From Geosiphon pyriformis uo1 (lineage: Eukaryota; Fungi; Glomeromycota), in NCBI GenBank assembly GCA_016748015.1, contig JAAOMT010000405.1, positions 4,733 through 58,273 of the forward strand: a DNA stretch of 53,541 nt. The letters are read 5' to 3'. Below the pieces are notes generated by a model, which did not search any database, was not told the origin of the DNA, and worked only from the letters and a program-made list of their open reading frames with translations. Of this stretch, positions 11,051 to 23,600 are shown piece by piece (within the stretch, counting starts at the first letter, position 1; each line of letters opens with the position of its first letter). A program made the translations under genes and the position numbers.

Positions 11051-12994
11051 TTGTTCTCTCTGTTATATCATTTCAATATTTTTTTACACAATAACCCTTT
11101 CGTTGTGGATTTGAAAGCTGCTACTGGTGGTAGTATGGCTAGAAAAAAGGTACATAAGGGGGTCTTTCATGGTCCTGCTGGTGGTTCATTTGCTCAGAAG
11201 AAAAAAGTGGTTGTTGGCAATGTTAAGCACTCTGATGATGAAAGGGATGTTTCTTTAAACAAACCTGTCTCTGGTGGTAATATGTTCTGCAATGTGGATG
11301 GTGAGTCTAGTGATAGTGAGGGCAGTGTTTTGATGGCTGGTGTCAGTACTGGCTTTTTGCTTGGCTTGGCTGCCAATACTCCCCAAGCCAAAGGGGTGGT
11401 ATCTGGTGTTGTTAGTGGTTCTCCTCTCGGCTTAATTAACTATAATATGGACAAAGATGCTGAGAACCTCCCTTTTTCTCTCAATCTCTCTCTCAGCAAA
11501 AGGTGGATTGATCCCAAGGTGGTGAAGACTCCTGTGGAAGTGGCAGTTAAAAAGTCTTATGCTTTGGATATTAATCTGTTAGCAGTAAAAGGGAAATCAA
11601 CTATGGCCAAAACTCAAGCAGTCAGGAAAATTTTTTCAGTTGTCAATGGTTTTGGGGGGGCCACTACCCCCTCAAAATTTGAAGAAATTATCAGATCTAC
11701 ATTTACATCTGAGAAAAGCATGAACAAAGCTGTGTCATTGGCTGAAGAAAAGGGGATCAAAGTAAACAGTGATCTCAAAAGACAAGGAATTAGGTCAGAT
11801 CAGGCTGTGATGATCAAAAAAATTCCCATGGACATGCCAAAGGATATAATTGTTGCCACAGTGTCTGAATTTGGGAAAATTAAATCAATCAAAATTCAGC
11901 TGATTGGAATGTGACAGAAGGCTGTGGTAGAATTCGCCAAACTGGGACAGACTGAGCAATTGGCTTCAAAATGGTCCTTCTTAATTGGGAAAAATTCTGT
12001 GCATGTGGCAAAAGCCGTGAGAGATCATGATATCTGGGCCTCTAGAGATTGTTTTAGGGCACTTCTGTTTACATTGCTGGTAGGGACAACTGCACATAAT
12101 CTTAGTAATCTTCTAAATAGGACTGGTGGCAGAACTTGCATCATTAATCATTCATTGAACACTGGCAATAGAGTTCGTTGTACTGTGGTTGGCTTTGAAT
12201 CTGAAAATGATCTGAATTCTGCTTTTCTTATTGAGCCTGTTTTTGGTGGTGTTCATCTCTCTTGGGCTAGATTGGATTTGGTTCGGTGTGGAAAATGTGG
12301 GCATCTTGGTCATTCGGCTTTAGAGTACAATGTATCAGATATGTCGTCTTCTGATCTCTTGAGTTTTTTTAATAAAAGACGTGCTCCTAATGTGGATTGT
12401 CTCCAGTTGGCCAAGTTATACGCAAAGAAAAATGTTCTTATATCTTGCTCTGCTGCCTTTGGTGGCAAATCATGAGCTCAGGTAGTCTCTCTTGCTTCTC
12501 CTTCTGGTGGCTCTCCTTCTGGTTCTGGTCTTGGTGTTGGCTTCTCTCCCCCTATGACTTCAGATTTGGGTGGTGGTCTTCCCTCTTCTACAATTGCCAA
12601 TTCTTCTTTGAATGCTCGCTTGGTGTCTTTGGAACACTCTCTCAAGTTGTTGGCTAAACAGGTGTCTGGTATTGTAAGGAAATTGAGTTTTGTTGAATTG
12701 GTGCCCATGGTTCCATCTTTTGGTGCTCCTCTTTTGGTTGGCTCTGTGCTTTTGGCCCCTGTTTTGGATTCTAACATGGCTCTGAATGGTAAGTTGGCAT
12801 TGTTCACTCCTCATTCTTCAAGTGTCAATTTGGGTGCTGGCTTCATGTTGAGTAGTTTGAAGGTTTTAACTACCAAAGTGGGTGGTTTGGAGTCTAAAAT
12901 GTCAGCTCTGAAGGCTTCTGTTGGTTCTGTTTTGGCTAGGTTAGATCTTTTGTGTTCTGGTTCAGGTTCATCAGCTCTCTCTTTTTCTCAATGA
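11051..12994 (+). pseudogene. LINE B ORF1: RRM-like domains, CX2CX4HX4C knuckle, C-terminal coiled coils
   Basis: Single frame interrupted by TGA at Trp positions; RCGKCGHLGHSALE(Y) knuckle; heptad segments LNARLVSLEHSLKLLAKQV and KVGGLESKMSALKASVGSV. Confidence 0.87.
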
Positions 12995-15900
12995 GTCAGT
13001 TGGTTTGGAAGTTTGCTACTTGTAATGTTTGGGGCTTGAATAACTCTGCTAAACAGGCAGATGTTGTTCACTGGCACTTTGATATAGGTAATTTGGTTTC
13101 AATTTTCACAGAATCTAAGCTTAATGATAAGGTTAGATCGTGGATCACTACAATTTTGATGGTGTTCAGGTGTTCATTTCTGGTTTGGATTCTGGTTGTT
13201 TTGGTTCTGGTGTGGCAATTGTCATGAACAATTCTTTGGCTAAGCACGTTTACAAGGTTTCTGAAGTGCCCAGCCAGCTTTTCTCCATCAGACTCTTCTT
13301 CAAGAATAAACTTTCGGTTTCTGTTTTGGGTCTCTATGTTGGTGCCTCTTCGAGTATTTGATTCTCGCAGGCTGGCGACATCAATTCTTTTATTGCTAAG
13401 GCAGTAAATGAATCATCTTTTGTGGTTTTGGATGGCAACTTCAATGAAGATGGTGCTCGTAAGAGTGCCAGTTTCAAAAAATGCTTTGATCTGGGTCTGG
13501 TTAATGCCTTGAGTAGAAGTGTGCTTGCTAAGATGCTAACATAAGATAACTCTCGTGGTGTTGTCAAGACTATTGATTATATGTTCATCTTTTTAAGCTT
13601 GATCAATACTGTGATAGATTGTGGTGTGACTGGTGTTGAAAACTTTTTTGATACTGATCATAAGGCTGTTTCTATTTCTGTGGGTTTGAGTGGCTTGCTT
13701 GACTTTCAGCTGAATTCGATGTGCAAGCAGGCTAATAAAGATCATTGGAAGTTCGATTTCGGAGATGCTAGTAAGGAAGGGTGGAACAATTTTAAGGGTG
13801 CTATATTGACCAATGGCTTAATGTGCTCGAGTAATTTCGCTGCCTCTGTGGAATTTTCAGATTTGGATGCTATATGGGAAATTGTGCACAAAATAATAAT
13901 TCTCTCAGTGGTTAGAACATTCAAAAAGAAATGGTTTAAGGATTATGATAAGATTTTTACCAAGAGTTCTTCTAGGTTTCACAAGCTTGAGTTGTTGGTG
14001 TCCAAGCTGGTTAAGGCATCTTATTTGTTGTCTAATGTAGAATTTGCATCATTGTTGAATACATGGGAAAGGCTCGACATCAATGGTGCTTCAGTGGTGA
14101 AGTCTTTGTTTCTTTTAGATTCTAATTTTAACATGATTTGCTTGGCTCTGGCTAAGGCGAGGAAGTCTTACCGCTCTGTTAAGTTGCTGGAATTCAGACG
14201 TGCTGAGGAATTCTATATCAGGTTAGCTATTGATAAGAGGATGGAAAGTTTTGAATCAGACAAGGGTCACACTATCAGGAGTGTTTTGGAGCATCCCTTT
14301 CGCAAAGTGGCACTGAATCATCTGGTTGTAGGTAACGAGTTGATTTTGGAGTCCAGCTTAGTCAAGGCTAGGGTAAATGGGATTATGAAAGGCTGGACCA
14401 GGAAGCGCAAGGTGATAGAAAATTGTTTTTGATTTCTAGTAGTTCACTGGTTATTGCACTTTCTGTTTTTGCATACACCATTCTCCATAATTTATGTTTG
14501 TTGTAGGGGTATCCTTCCAATTGTCACAATGCTTGTTTCCAGGTATTGTCAATTAATGTGCCTTTGCATACTCAGTCATTAATTAGGATTGGTGCCTGAT
14601 ATCTCTGATAATTGGTCTTGCCAATACAAGTCTTTGGAGTATGTTTTTAATAGTGCATTTTCTAATGTAATGTGTCCCATTGGTTTCAATGAGTTGTTCA
14701 GTGTGGTTTCTGGTCTGCCTGAAAGCAAGACTGCTGGTCTTTCTGAGATTTCGAACAAGCTCTGGAAACACTGTAACAAATCAATTTTGGATATGCTTTT
14801 GGTGCTTTTAAATTCTAGTTTGATTCATGAGTCAGTGCCTAATGCTTAGAAGGAAGCTTGGGTCTCAATGATTCCTAAGCTGTATGAATGGGAAGGAGTT
14901 CTTACAAACACCTGACTTATTGTCTTGATTGAGACTGCCCGTAAGATTCTTTCAGATAAGATCTTGTTGGCTTATAGTACTTTTGATGTTCTGCATGGGG
15001 ACAATTTTTCAGTTTTAAAGGGCACGATAACACAGTCTCCCATTTTTGCCATTGGTTCAGTTATTGAGGATGCTTTGAAGAAGAATCATGAGCTCTGGTT
15101 GGTCTTGCAGAACATGTGGAAAGTTTATGATTCTGTTGGATGAGAACACCTTCGGGACAGTTTGGTTAGGATAAAAATGTGCAGCAGGTTCATTAGGTTT
15201 TTTGGCGGCATCCACAGTGGTCGCATTAACAGAGTTATGACAAATTTTGGTTTAATGGACGAGTATGAAGTGCATGATGGCTTGGACCAGGGGAGGTGTT
15301 CTTACCACTTCTTTGGCGCATATTTTATGATCTCCTTTTGTGTGAAGTTAAGAGGCAGGCAAATGGGTGTGATTACAGATTGAATTTTCATTTTATTTTT
15401 GGAAGTGGTTGTACTGAGTTTTGGGCTGGTGTATCTTCATTTTTCACAGTCAGTGCCTTTGTTGATGATACAATATAGGTTGGCAGCAGTCAAAGTGCTA
15501 CACAGCACATTCTCAATGTTGCTAATGAATTTTTTGATATCAATAACATCTTGATTAACAATGATAAGACTGTTGCCATCCCCATCAATTGTGATGGTAC
15601 GGTTTCCTCTTTGTTGATCAGCAGGTCACCTATTTCTATTGCCAAGAAGGGGGAATTGCATTGATATTTGGGGATCTATTTGTCAACTGAGGGTCTTTCA
15701 AAACCTAGCTTGGCTAAGGTGCATTCTGGTATCTGGTTTTTTTCTAATTTGGTTCTGAAAAAGGCAGTGTTTAATAAGCAGTTTTCATATTTGGTTTTGG
15801 TGGTCCTCTTTTCTATTGTTGGATATAGAACACAGTTCAGTTACATTTCTATTAGTGCTTGTAGAAAGTGGGACACTTGGATTCATAAGGACTTAAGATC

Positions 15901-17842
15901 TAAGTCTGGTTTGCTACATGATTTCCCCAATAATGCAATTTATCATCCCTCTTTGTATGGTTTGAAAACTTTTGAGCAGGTTCAGGCTGAGAGTAAATTG
16001 GCTTTGGTTGTTTCTTTTGCAAACTCTGTTGAAATTTTGGGGTGTCTATTTTCTCACCAGTTGCATGATCTGTAAGTCTTCTGCTGGCATCCGCTACATC
16101 CTTTGCAGTGTCCAGTTCATGTTAAGATCAATCCTCTAAATAATTTTCTGGCAGGTGTGGTGCATATTTTCTCTGGGTGTAATTTGTCATTGGGTGGCTC
16201 TCTGGTTAGTGCTTTTTGTCAGCGGGGTGGAACCCCTATGTCCCTTGTTCTTGGTGAATTAAGTTATGTTAAGAATGTCTCTTCACTTTGGCATTATGGG
16301 ATTGCTTTTGTGGATCAGCTGCAGAACTGAAATGGGGCTGTTTTCGAATAGAAGACCTTCAAATGGTGGAAATGGTTGGACCCACGTGGTCCGGTTCCTG
16401 TCTGGTTTGAGCTGTCCATTCGTTTTCTTGGTGGTGTGTCTTCTCTTCTTGTCTATTCCACGCTTTCGGCTGGTTGTGACTCTTCGGATGTTCTTCGGTC
16501 TTATGAGTTTGGCATCATTGGTGCCAGTTTGTTCAATTCTAATGTTGGTCATCTTTCCATTTATACAGATGGATCTCTAAGTGATTTAGGGTCTGTTGAT
16601 ATGAGAGCTGGAGCTGCTGTTTTCTTTAAAGACATTGGTATGGGTTTGGGTGTAGGGGTATCTGGTTTGATGTCTTCTACCTTGACAGAACTGAAGGCCA
16701 TTGCTCTGGTGCTTGAATGCATCCCTTTTTCTTGCTTGGTCAACTTGTTTTCAGACAGTCAGACTGCTTTGGATGCTTGCAAGTTGGAAATGGAATTGGT
16801 TTGCCCAGATTTTAGGAATTGGTGTTGGATTAAACACCATCATATTGTAAATGTCATTCATCATAAGAATTTAAGAGTTAATTGGTGTAAGGTCAAAGGA
16901 CACTCAGGGGTTTTAGGCAATGAACAGACTGATAAGTTGGCCAAAACTGCTGCTCTCTCTGGTTGGCATCTGCTCTATTCTGTCAATGAACGCTATCTAA
17001 GGGATAGTGGTACAGCCATTTCTGGTAATTCTAGGCATTTTGTTCAGGATGTTTTTCGGTCTGTTCATCGTGTGCATTGGGAAGTCAGTTGTGATGTTGG
17101 GGTGGTGGCAGGTAGTTTGCGTACAGATATTGATTGGTTTAAGTTGTCACTGGTTTGGCATCCGGATTCTCACATAACTGCTGGCTTCACTAACAAGCGG
17201 ACTACTGGTTTCCAGACTTACTTTATGAAGACATTGCACCATCAGCTCTCTGTCGCGATGTGTAAGTGGCTTTATGATAAGCACTACCCTAGTGTGGTGT
17301 GTTTGTTCTGCGGTAATGTCGAGGTCTCAGACCATGCTTTTTCTTGTTCATTTGATGCCAATGGTTATGCTCGGTTGTTGAATGCTCATGTGGCAGTTTG
17401 GGGTGTGTGCTCTGGTCTGGCTCATTCTTCCTCAAGTGTCTCGCAACTGTTGTTCACTTGTGTATCTAATGTTTCAGTTAGTACTGCTCTGTGCAAAGGT
17501 TTTGTTTTCAAGGATTGGTTTCATGAGTCTGTTTTTGTCTTTAGGGATTCCAGAATAGCGAGTCAGAACATTGTGGCCTTTGTGCGTGAGTTTAGCTTGG
17601 CTTTTTGGGAAGACATTTGGTTGGTTTGCGCCAAGCACCATGTATTTATGGAGAAAAATGAGCTTATTCTGTGTAATGAGTCTGCTCCTGTCCCGAATTC
17701 TGGGCTTTCTTTAGGACTGTCATCTGGCATGACCCAGCTGCTGGGTGTTGTTGAGGCAATTGGTGTTAGTCTTGGGTTCTATAAGTCTTGTTTGTTTTTT
17801 TCAGGCATAGGAGGTAAGGTCTCTGTTCATATAGGTGCTTAG
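12991..17842 (+). pseudogene. LINE B ORF2: APE-RT-RNase H-CCHC, with stops, frameshifts and a 177-bp insertion
   Basis: WKFATCNV, AFVDDTI (RT catalytic motif), IYTDGSL..KGHSGVLGNEQTD, CLFCGNVEVSDHAFSC. Confidence 0.93.
14415..14591 (-). mobile_element. 177-bp Gypsy pol fragment inserted into LINE B ORF2
   Basis: Removing it restores WTRKRKV|VPDISDNW; its minus-strand translation aligns with the Gypsy segment at ~36850-37020. Confidence 0.85.
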
Positions 17843-18789
17843 TGTTGTCCTGATTGGTCCAAGTGGCTGGTCACGTGTAGATAATGCATGATTCACACCT
17901 AGTTTAGATTATTTGTATGATGTATTGCATTAGGCAGTGTTTGGACTTCACTCATTAAATGTTAATAAAAAAAAAAAAAATTAACAACAAATTATAAACT
18001 AATAAATTAATAAAACTATTTTTATTAACCAAATTATATTTATATAAATCAATTTTTATTTAAATTTATAAATTTATATTTATTATGATAATTAATAAAC
18101 AAGTTATATATAAAATTAATTAGTTTTAATATTACAAATTTGGCATTATTAAAAACAATGTATGTTTTTTTATATTAATTTTTAAAACAAATTTTTTGCT
18201 TAATATTATTTATAAACTATTATTAAAAACTTTAAATAATAATATTTAAAAAATTTAAAAAATATAATATAATAACTAATTAAAAAAATTCATATATTTA
18301 TTTAAATATTAAACAATTTTAATTAAATATTTGTATTATTAATATACATAAACACATAATCTTAAAATTTAATTTTATTACAGTAAATACATAATATTAA
18401 AATAAAATTTAAAAATTGCTAAATTGATTTTGTAATATATAATATTATTTTATATTATAATTTTATATTTAATTATATATAAAAACATATTAATAAATAT
18501 TATAATTATTTATAATGAAGTATTTTTTAATATAAAACACTATAAATTACTTAAAACATAATAAAAAAAAGTTATTTTTTATTTTAATTAAACTAATATT
18601 TATTAAAATTCTATATATATTAATAATACATATTATAAATACATTAATTAAACTCTTTGTCTCCTTATTTTTATGATCATAACATATAAAAAAACTTTTT
18701 TCTCTCTTTCGTTCCAAATTCCTGAAAAAGAGTCAAATTTTGAAAAAAGTTTTTTCTGTTTTTATATATTGTCTTCCACTATTTCACAA

Positions 18790-20689
18790 GAAACAAACTC
18801 TTTTGTTGTTGAACTGGTTGCCACTATGAGTGGTCTTAATGCTAAGAGAAGGTCAGCCAGAGTTTTAACTGCTGGTTCAGTTGGTAGAAGTTCAACTCAA
18901 AATGTCAAAAAGTCTTTTAGTAGTAGTAAAGTCTCAAGTGCGGATAAAAATCTCATAGATAGTGGGTCTGTTTGTGTAAACAGGCAATTTGCTAGCATGA
19001 ATACAGATGGAGAAGCCTCTAATAGTGAAGATGCTTCTGACTTCCAAATGAATATACCCAATGCAAAACATTTCAATACTGGTGTGGTTATTGGTTCTCC
19101 TATCGGCTCTCTTAATTATGACATGGATGATAAGGAGAAAGTTTCTCTTTCTCTCCGTGTGTCTTTTTCTTTGGAAAAGGTGTAGGTGGACTCCAAAATT
19201 GTTAAGTCTTAAGCAGAAGTTGCTGTGAAGAAGTCGTTCACTTTGGACATCAATCTATTTGCTGTGGAAGGGAAATTGGCTACAGCCAAGACTCAGGTTA
19301 TCAAAAAATTGTTTTCAACAATCAATGATTTTGGGGGGGGCCACTACCCCCTCAAAATTTAAGGGAATTATTTGATTGATGTTTACTTTATTAAAGAGCA
19401 TAGAAAGGGCCATGTTATTGGCCAGAGAAAATAATATTATAGTAAACAGTGATTTTAAGAGACAAGGATTTCGCTCAGATCAGGCTGTAGTGATCAAAGA
19501 AATTCCCATGGACACGCCAAAAGATATGATTGTCACCGCAGTATCCGAATTTGGAGAAATTAAGTTGATCAAAATCCAGTTGATTGGTTTATGGCAGAAG
19601 ACTGTGGTGGAATTTGCCAAACTGGAACAGGCTGTGTCTTTGGCTGCTAGATGGTTCTTCCTGATTGGTAAAAACTCAGTTCGTGTGGCTATGGCAGTAG
19701 GCGATCATGAAACTTGGGCATTTAGAGATCAGTTCAGGACATTTTTGTTCACTTTGCTGATGAGAACTACTGCTCATGATCTTGGGAATCTTCTTGAAGG
19801 GGCTGGTGGAAAAACTTGCGTCATAAATCAGTTATTGGAGACTGGTAATAGGGTCTGCTGTGCTGTTGTTTATTTTGATTCTGATGAGATTTTGGAGTCA
19901 GCTTTTCGCATGGAACCAATCTTTGGTGGTGTGAAACTCTCATGGACTAGGCTGGATTTGGTTCACTGTGAACAGTATGGGAAGTTTGGTTATTCTGCCT
20001 TAGAATGTGATGCTAAGATTGTGTCAGCTCTTAAATCTTCAAAGTTTTTTATAAAGTCTGCTAACCTAGATACTCGTTTCCAGCTGGCCAAATTGTATGC
20101 AAAGAAGAATATACCAATCTCTCGTCCTGTTGCCTTTGGCGGTAAATTTTGGGCTTAAGTGATCTTAGTTGCTTCAGTGTCTCATGGTTTTTGTGCTGGT
20201 CCTGGTTCTGGTTCCCCACCTTCCAGTGCTTTGAGTTCGGGTGAGACACCTCCCCCTCTACCTGTGGTCAATTTTCCTTTGAGTGCTTGCTTAGTGCTTC
20301 TAAAACACTCTGTAGAGCTTTTGTCTAAACAAATTTTGAACATTTTTTCTCATCTTGACAATCTTGGTTTGGCACTCTTAGCACTTTCCTCTCAAATGGC
20401 TCCTTCTGTGGTTGTTTTTCAGTCCCCAATCTCTGTTTCTCTTGTGGTTGCAAACTCCAACTTGGATTTTGACATGGCAGTTGATGATCTTTTTGTTCAG
20501 CCTACTTCTTTCTCTCCGGGTGTTACCAATTTGCTCTTGAGTCTGAGTAGTTCCAAAGTCCTGACTTCTAAAGTTGGTGGTCTGAAATCGAAGTTGGTTG
20601 CCCTCAACATCTCCATTGGTTTGATTTTGGCTAAGTTGGATCAGTTGTGTGCTAGCTCAGATTCTTTGGTTATCTTTTTATCACAATAA
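18790..20689 (+). pseudogene. LINE C ORF1
   Basis: ORFs 18673-19185, 19376-20158 and 20159-20689; strongly similar to ORF1 of copy B (IPMDTPKDMIVTAVSEFG, TTAHDL). Confidence 0.85.
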
Positions 20690-23600
20690 CCAGTTTTATT
20701 TGGAAAATTGCCACATGTAATGTTAGAGGAATGAACAATCCTACAAAACAGGAGGACATTTTTCGCTGGCATAAGGAATCTGGTAGTTCGATCTCAATTA
20801 TTACAGAAACCAAGTTGTGTTCCAGTTTACAACTATGGATTATGAAAAGATTTGAGGGTGTTTGGGTTTTTACATCTGGTCTGGATGTTGGGTTTCGTGG
20901 GGCTGGTGTGGCCATTTTTGTGAACAATTCTCTGGCTTGTCATGTTTCCAAAGTCGAGGAGGTGAAGGACAGAGTTCTTTCAATTCATCTTTTGTTCAAG
21001 AACAAGCTTTCTGTGTCTGTCATTGGGTTTTATGCCTGTGCGTCTGGTGGTGACCATTTTGCTTAGGCTTCTGTTATTAATTCATTCATTGCTAATACTG
21101 TCAACAAAAGTTTTTTTGTTGTTTTAAGTGAGGACTTCAATAAAGACAATTCAGTCAAGGGGGCAAATCTTAGAAAATGTTTAGGTTTGGGTTTAGTTAA
21201 TGTTTTTGGTGGCCACTCTCTAGCTAGGATTCCTACTTGGAACAATTCAAGAGGCGTTAGCAAGGTTTTGGACTACATTCTAGTTAGTGACTCTTTGATT
21301 TCAACTGTTGTAGATCATGATGTTAGTTCTGTCTCAGAATTTTTTGACACAGATCACTTGGCTGTTTCAATATTTATTGGGCTGGGTGGTCTTTTGGATG
21401 CTTGTTTGAACAGCATCTGCAAACACGCTAATAAGAATTACTGGAAGTTTAAGATTAAGGATGCTGATGAGAAAAAGTGGGCACATTTTAAAGAACTTTC
21501 TGAGTGTGCACTTTTGGGTTCTCTGGATAGGTTCAAGATGGCTGAAAATGGTGGCAACTTGGATGGAATATGGGGGGTGCTAGCTGAAGCCATGACTGCT
21601 TCTGCTGAAGAAATTTTTTCAAGACATTGGTATAATGAATTAGATCATGCTAAGAATAGACTTTTTTCTAAATTTTCCAGGTTAGAGCTGTTGGTTGCCA
21701 AGTTATTAAAAGTGCTGAGACTGGATGATATGTTGGGCTTTAATTATTTGGCTGACACTTGGTTTAAAGTTGACTCTTTCGAAGCTTCCAAAGTTTTTGG
21801 TATGGTCGGGGATGGTGTGGGTTCTGCTGGCTTGATAAGTCATCTTTCAAAGGTTAGAAAGCAATATAAAAAGTCCAAATATTATGAATCTGAGGTGGCC
21901 AAAAGATCTGCTATCAGAGACGTGATTGATAAGCATATGGAAAAGTTTGATATGGACAAAGGTGGGATGATTCGGAGCATCTTGGAGCAGCTCTTTCACA
22001 AAGTTGTTCTAAACCATTTGGTTGTTGGTGATTCTTTTATTTTAGAACCTAATGAAGTGAAACTCAAAGTAAATGACATCATGGTTAATTAGACCAGAAA
22101 GCAGAATGCTCTTCCTGTTCTGTCTGGTCTCTGAGCACAACAATATGTCCTTTTGGCTTATGTTAATGATGGTGCCTTTAGTCTGGTCATGTGTAATATT
22201 ACCATGTGTGAGATGTCTTCAGTTATAAGCAATCTTCCTGATGGCAAAGCTGCTGGTTTGTCTGATATTACCAATGAACTTTGGAAACATGCTGGCTGTT
22301 TGGTTTTGGAGTGTTTGTTGTCTTTGCTGAACTCTTGTTTGCATTTTGGTAATGTTCCAGTCCATTGAAAAGAGGTCTGGGTGTCCATGATTCCTAAGCC
22401 TTATGATTGGGATAGCATTTTGTTGAATACACGGCCTATTGCATTGATTGAGACAGCCAGAAAGATTCTGTCAAAAGTTCTCTTAGATAGGATCTCTCTT
22501 GCTTGTAGTAAGTTTGATGTTCTCTGTGGTAACAACTTTTCTGTTCTCAAAGACACTTTCACTCAGTCACCAATTTCAGCTGTGAGTTCAATTGTGGAGA
22601 ATGCTTTGGAAAAAGGCTGTGAACTTTGGCTGGTTCTTCAAGATATACACAAAGCGTATAACTCTGTTGGTTGGCCTTATTTGGAAGCTAGTTTATGCCA
22701 TATCAAAATGTGTGGCAAGTTCATCAAGTTTTTTGGCAACATTCACAACAATCGCTTCAACAGAGTCATGACAGATTTTGGCTTTTTTAATAGATACAAA
22801 GTTCTTGATGGTTTGGATCAGGGTGAAGTTTTCTTACCTCTTTTATGGAGAATTTTTTATGACCCCTTGTTATGTGAAATTGTAAGACAAGATCATTTGT
22901 GTGGTTATCAGATTAATTCAAACTTTGTGACAAAAACTGGAAGAATTGAGACTAGTGGGGGTATAACTTCTTTTTTCGCGGCTGGTGTCTTTGTCGATAA
23001 CACTATTTGGGTGGGAAATGGGCAAGTCTCTACACAGCACATTCTTAATGTGGCCAGCAAGTTTTTCCTCATCAATGACATTAACATAAATAATGAAAAG
23101 ACGGTTGTTATTCCTATTAACAAAAAAGTGGGGGTTCCTGTTTTATCCATCAACGGCCAGGCTATCACTGTTGCCAATCCTGATGTGAGTCATTGATATT
23201 TGAGTATTTTTTTGTCCACTGATAGTTTGTCTAAGCCAAGTCTTGCCAAAGCCAATTCAGATATTAGGTTCTTCTCAAATATGGTTCTCCAGAAGGCTGT
23301 CTCTGATAAACAATTCTCTTATCTGGTTTCAGCTGTTTTGCAGCCTATAGTCAGTTATCAGACACAGTTTAGTTTTGTTTCCAAAGCTGTTTGTCTAAAA
23401 TGGGATGTTCTAATTAGAAAAGATCTTAGGTCAAAAGCCAATTTGCTAAGAGACTTTCCCAATGAGACATTGTACCACCCCTCTCTTTATAGACTGAAAT
23501 TTTTTGAACAGTTGCAAGCTGAATACAAGGTAGCTTCTATTGTGCAATTTGCAAATTCTTCTGGAATTCTTGGCCAACTGTTTGAACATTGATTTTTGGA

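Larger units (their letters stand above)
10988..17976 (+). mobile_element. LINE copy B, full length, poly(A) tail, 11-bp TSD
   Basis: aaaattaacaa at 10977-10987 and 17977-17987; A-run tail; ORF1/ORF2 architecture. Confidence 0.95.

Noticed and set aside
12991-17842. Prokaryotic RT systems (retron, DGR, group II intron)
   Set aside because: APE domain, poly(A)/TSD ends and ORF1 identify eukaryotic non-LTR retrotransposons
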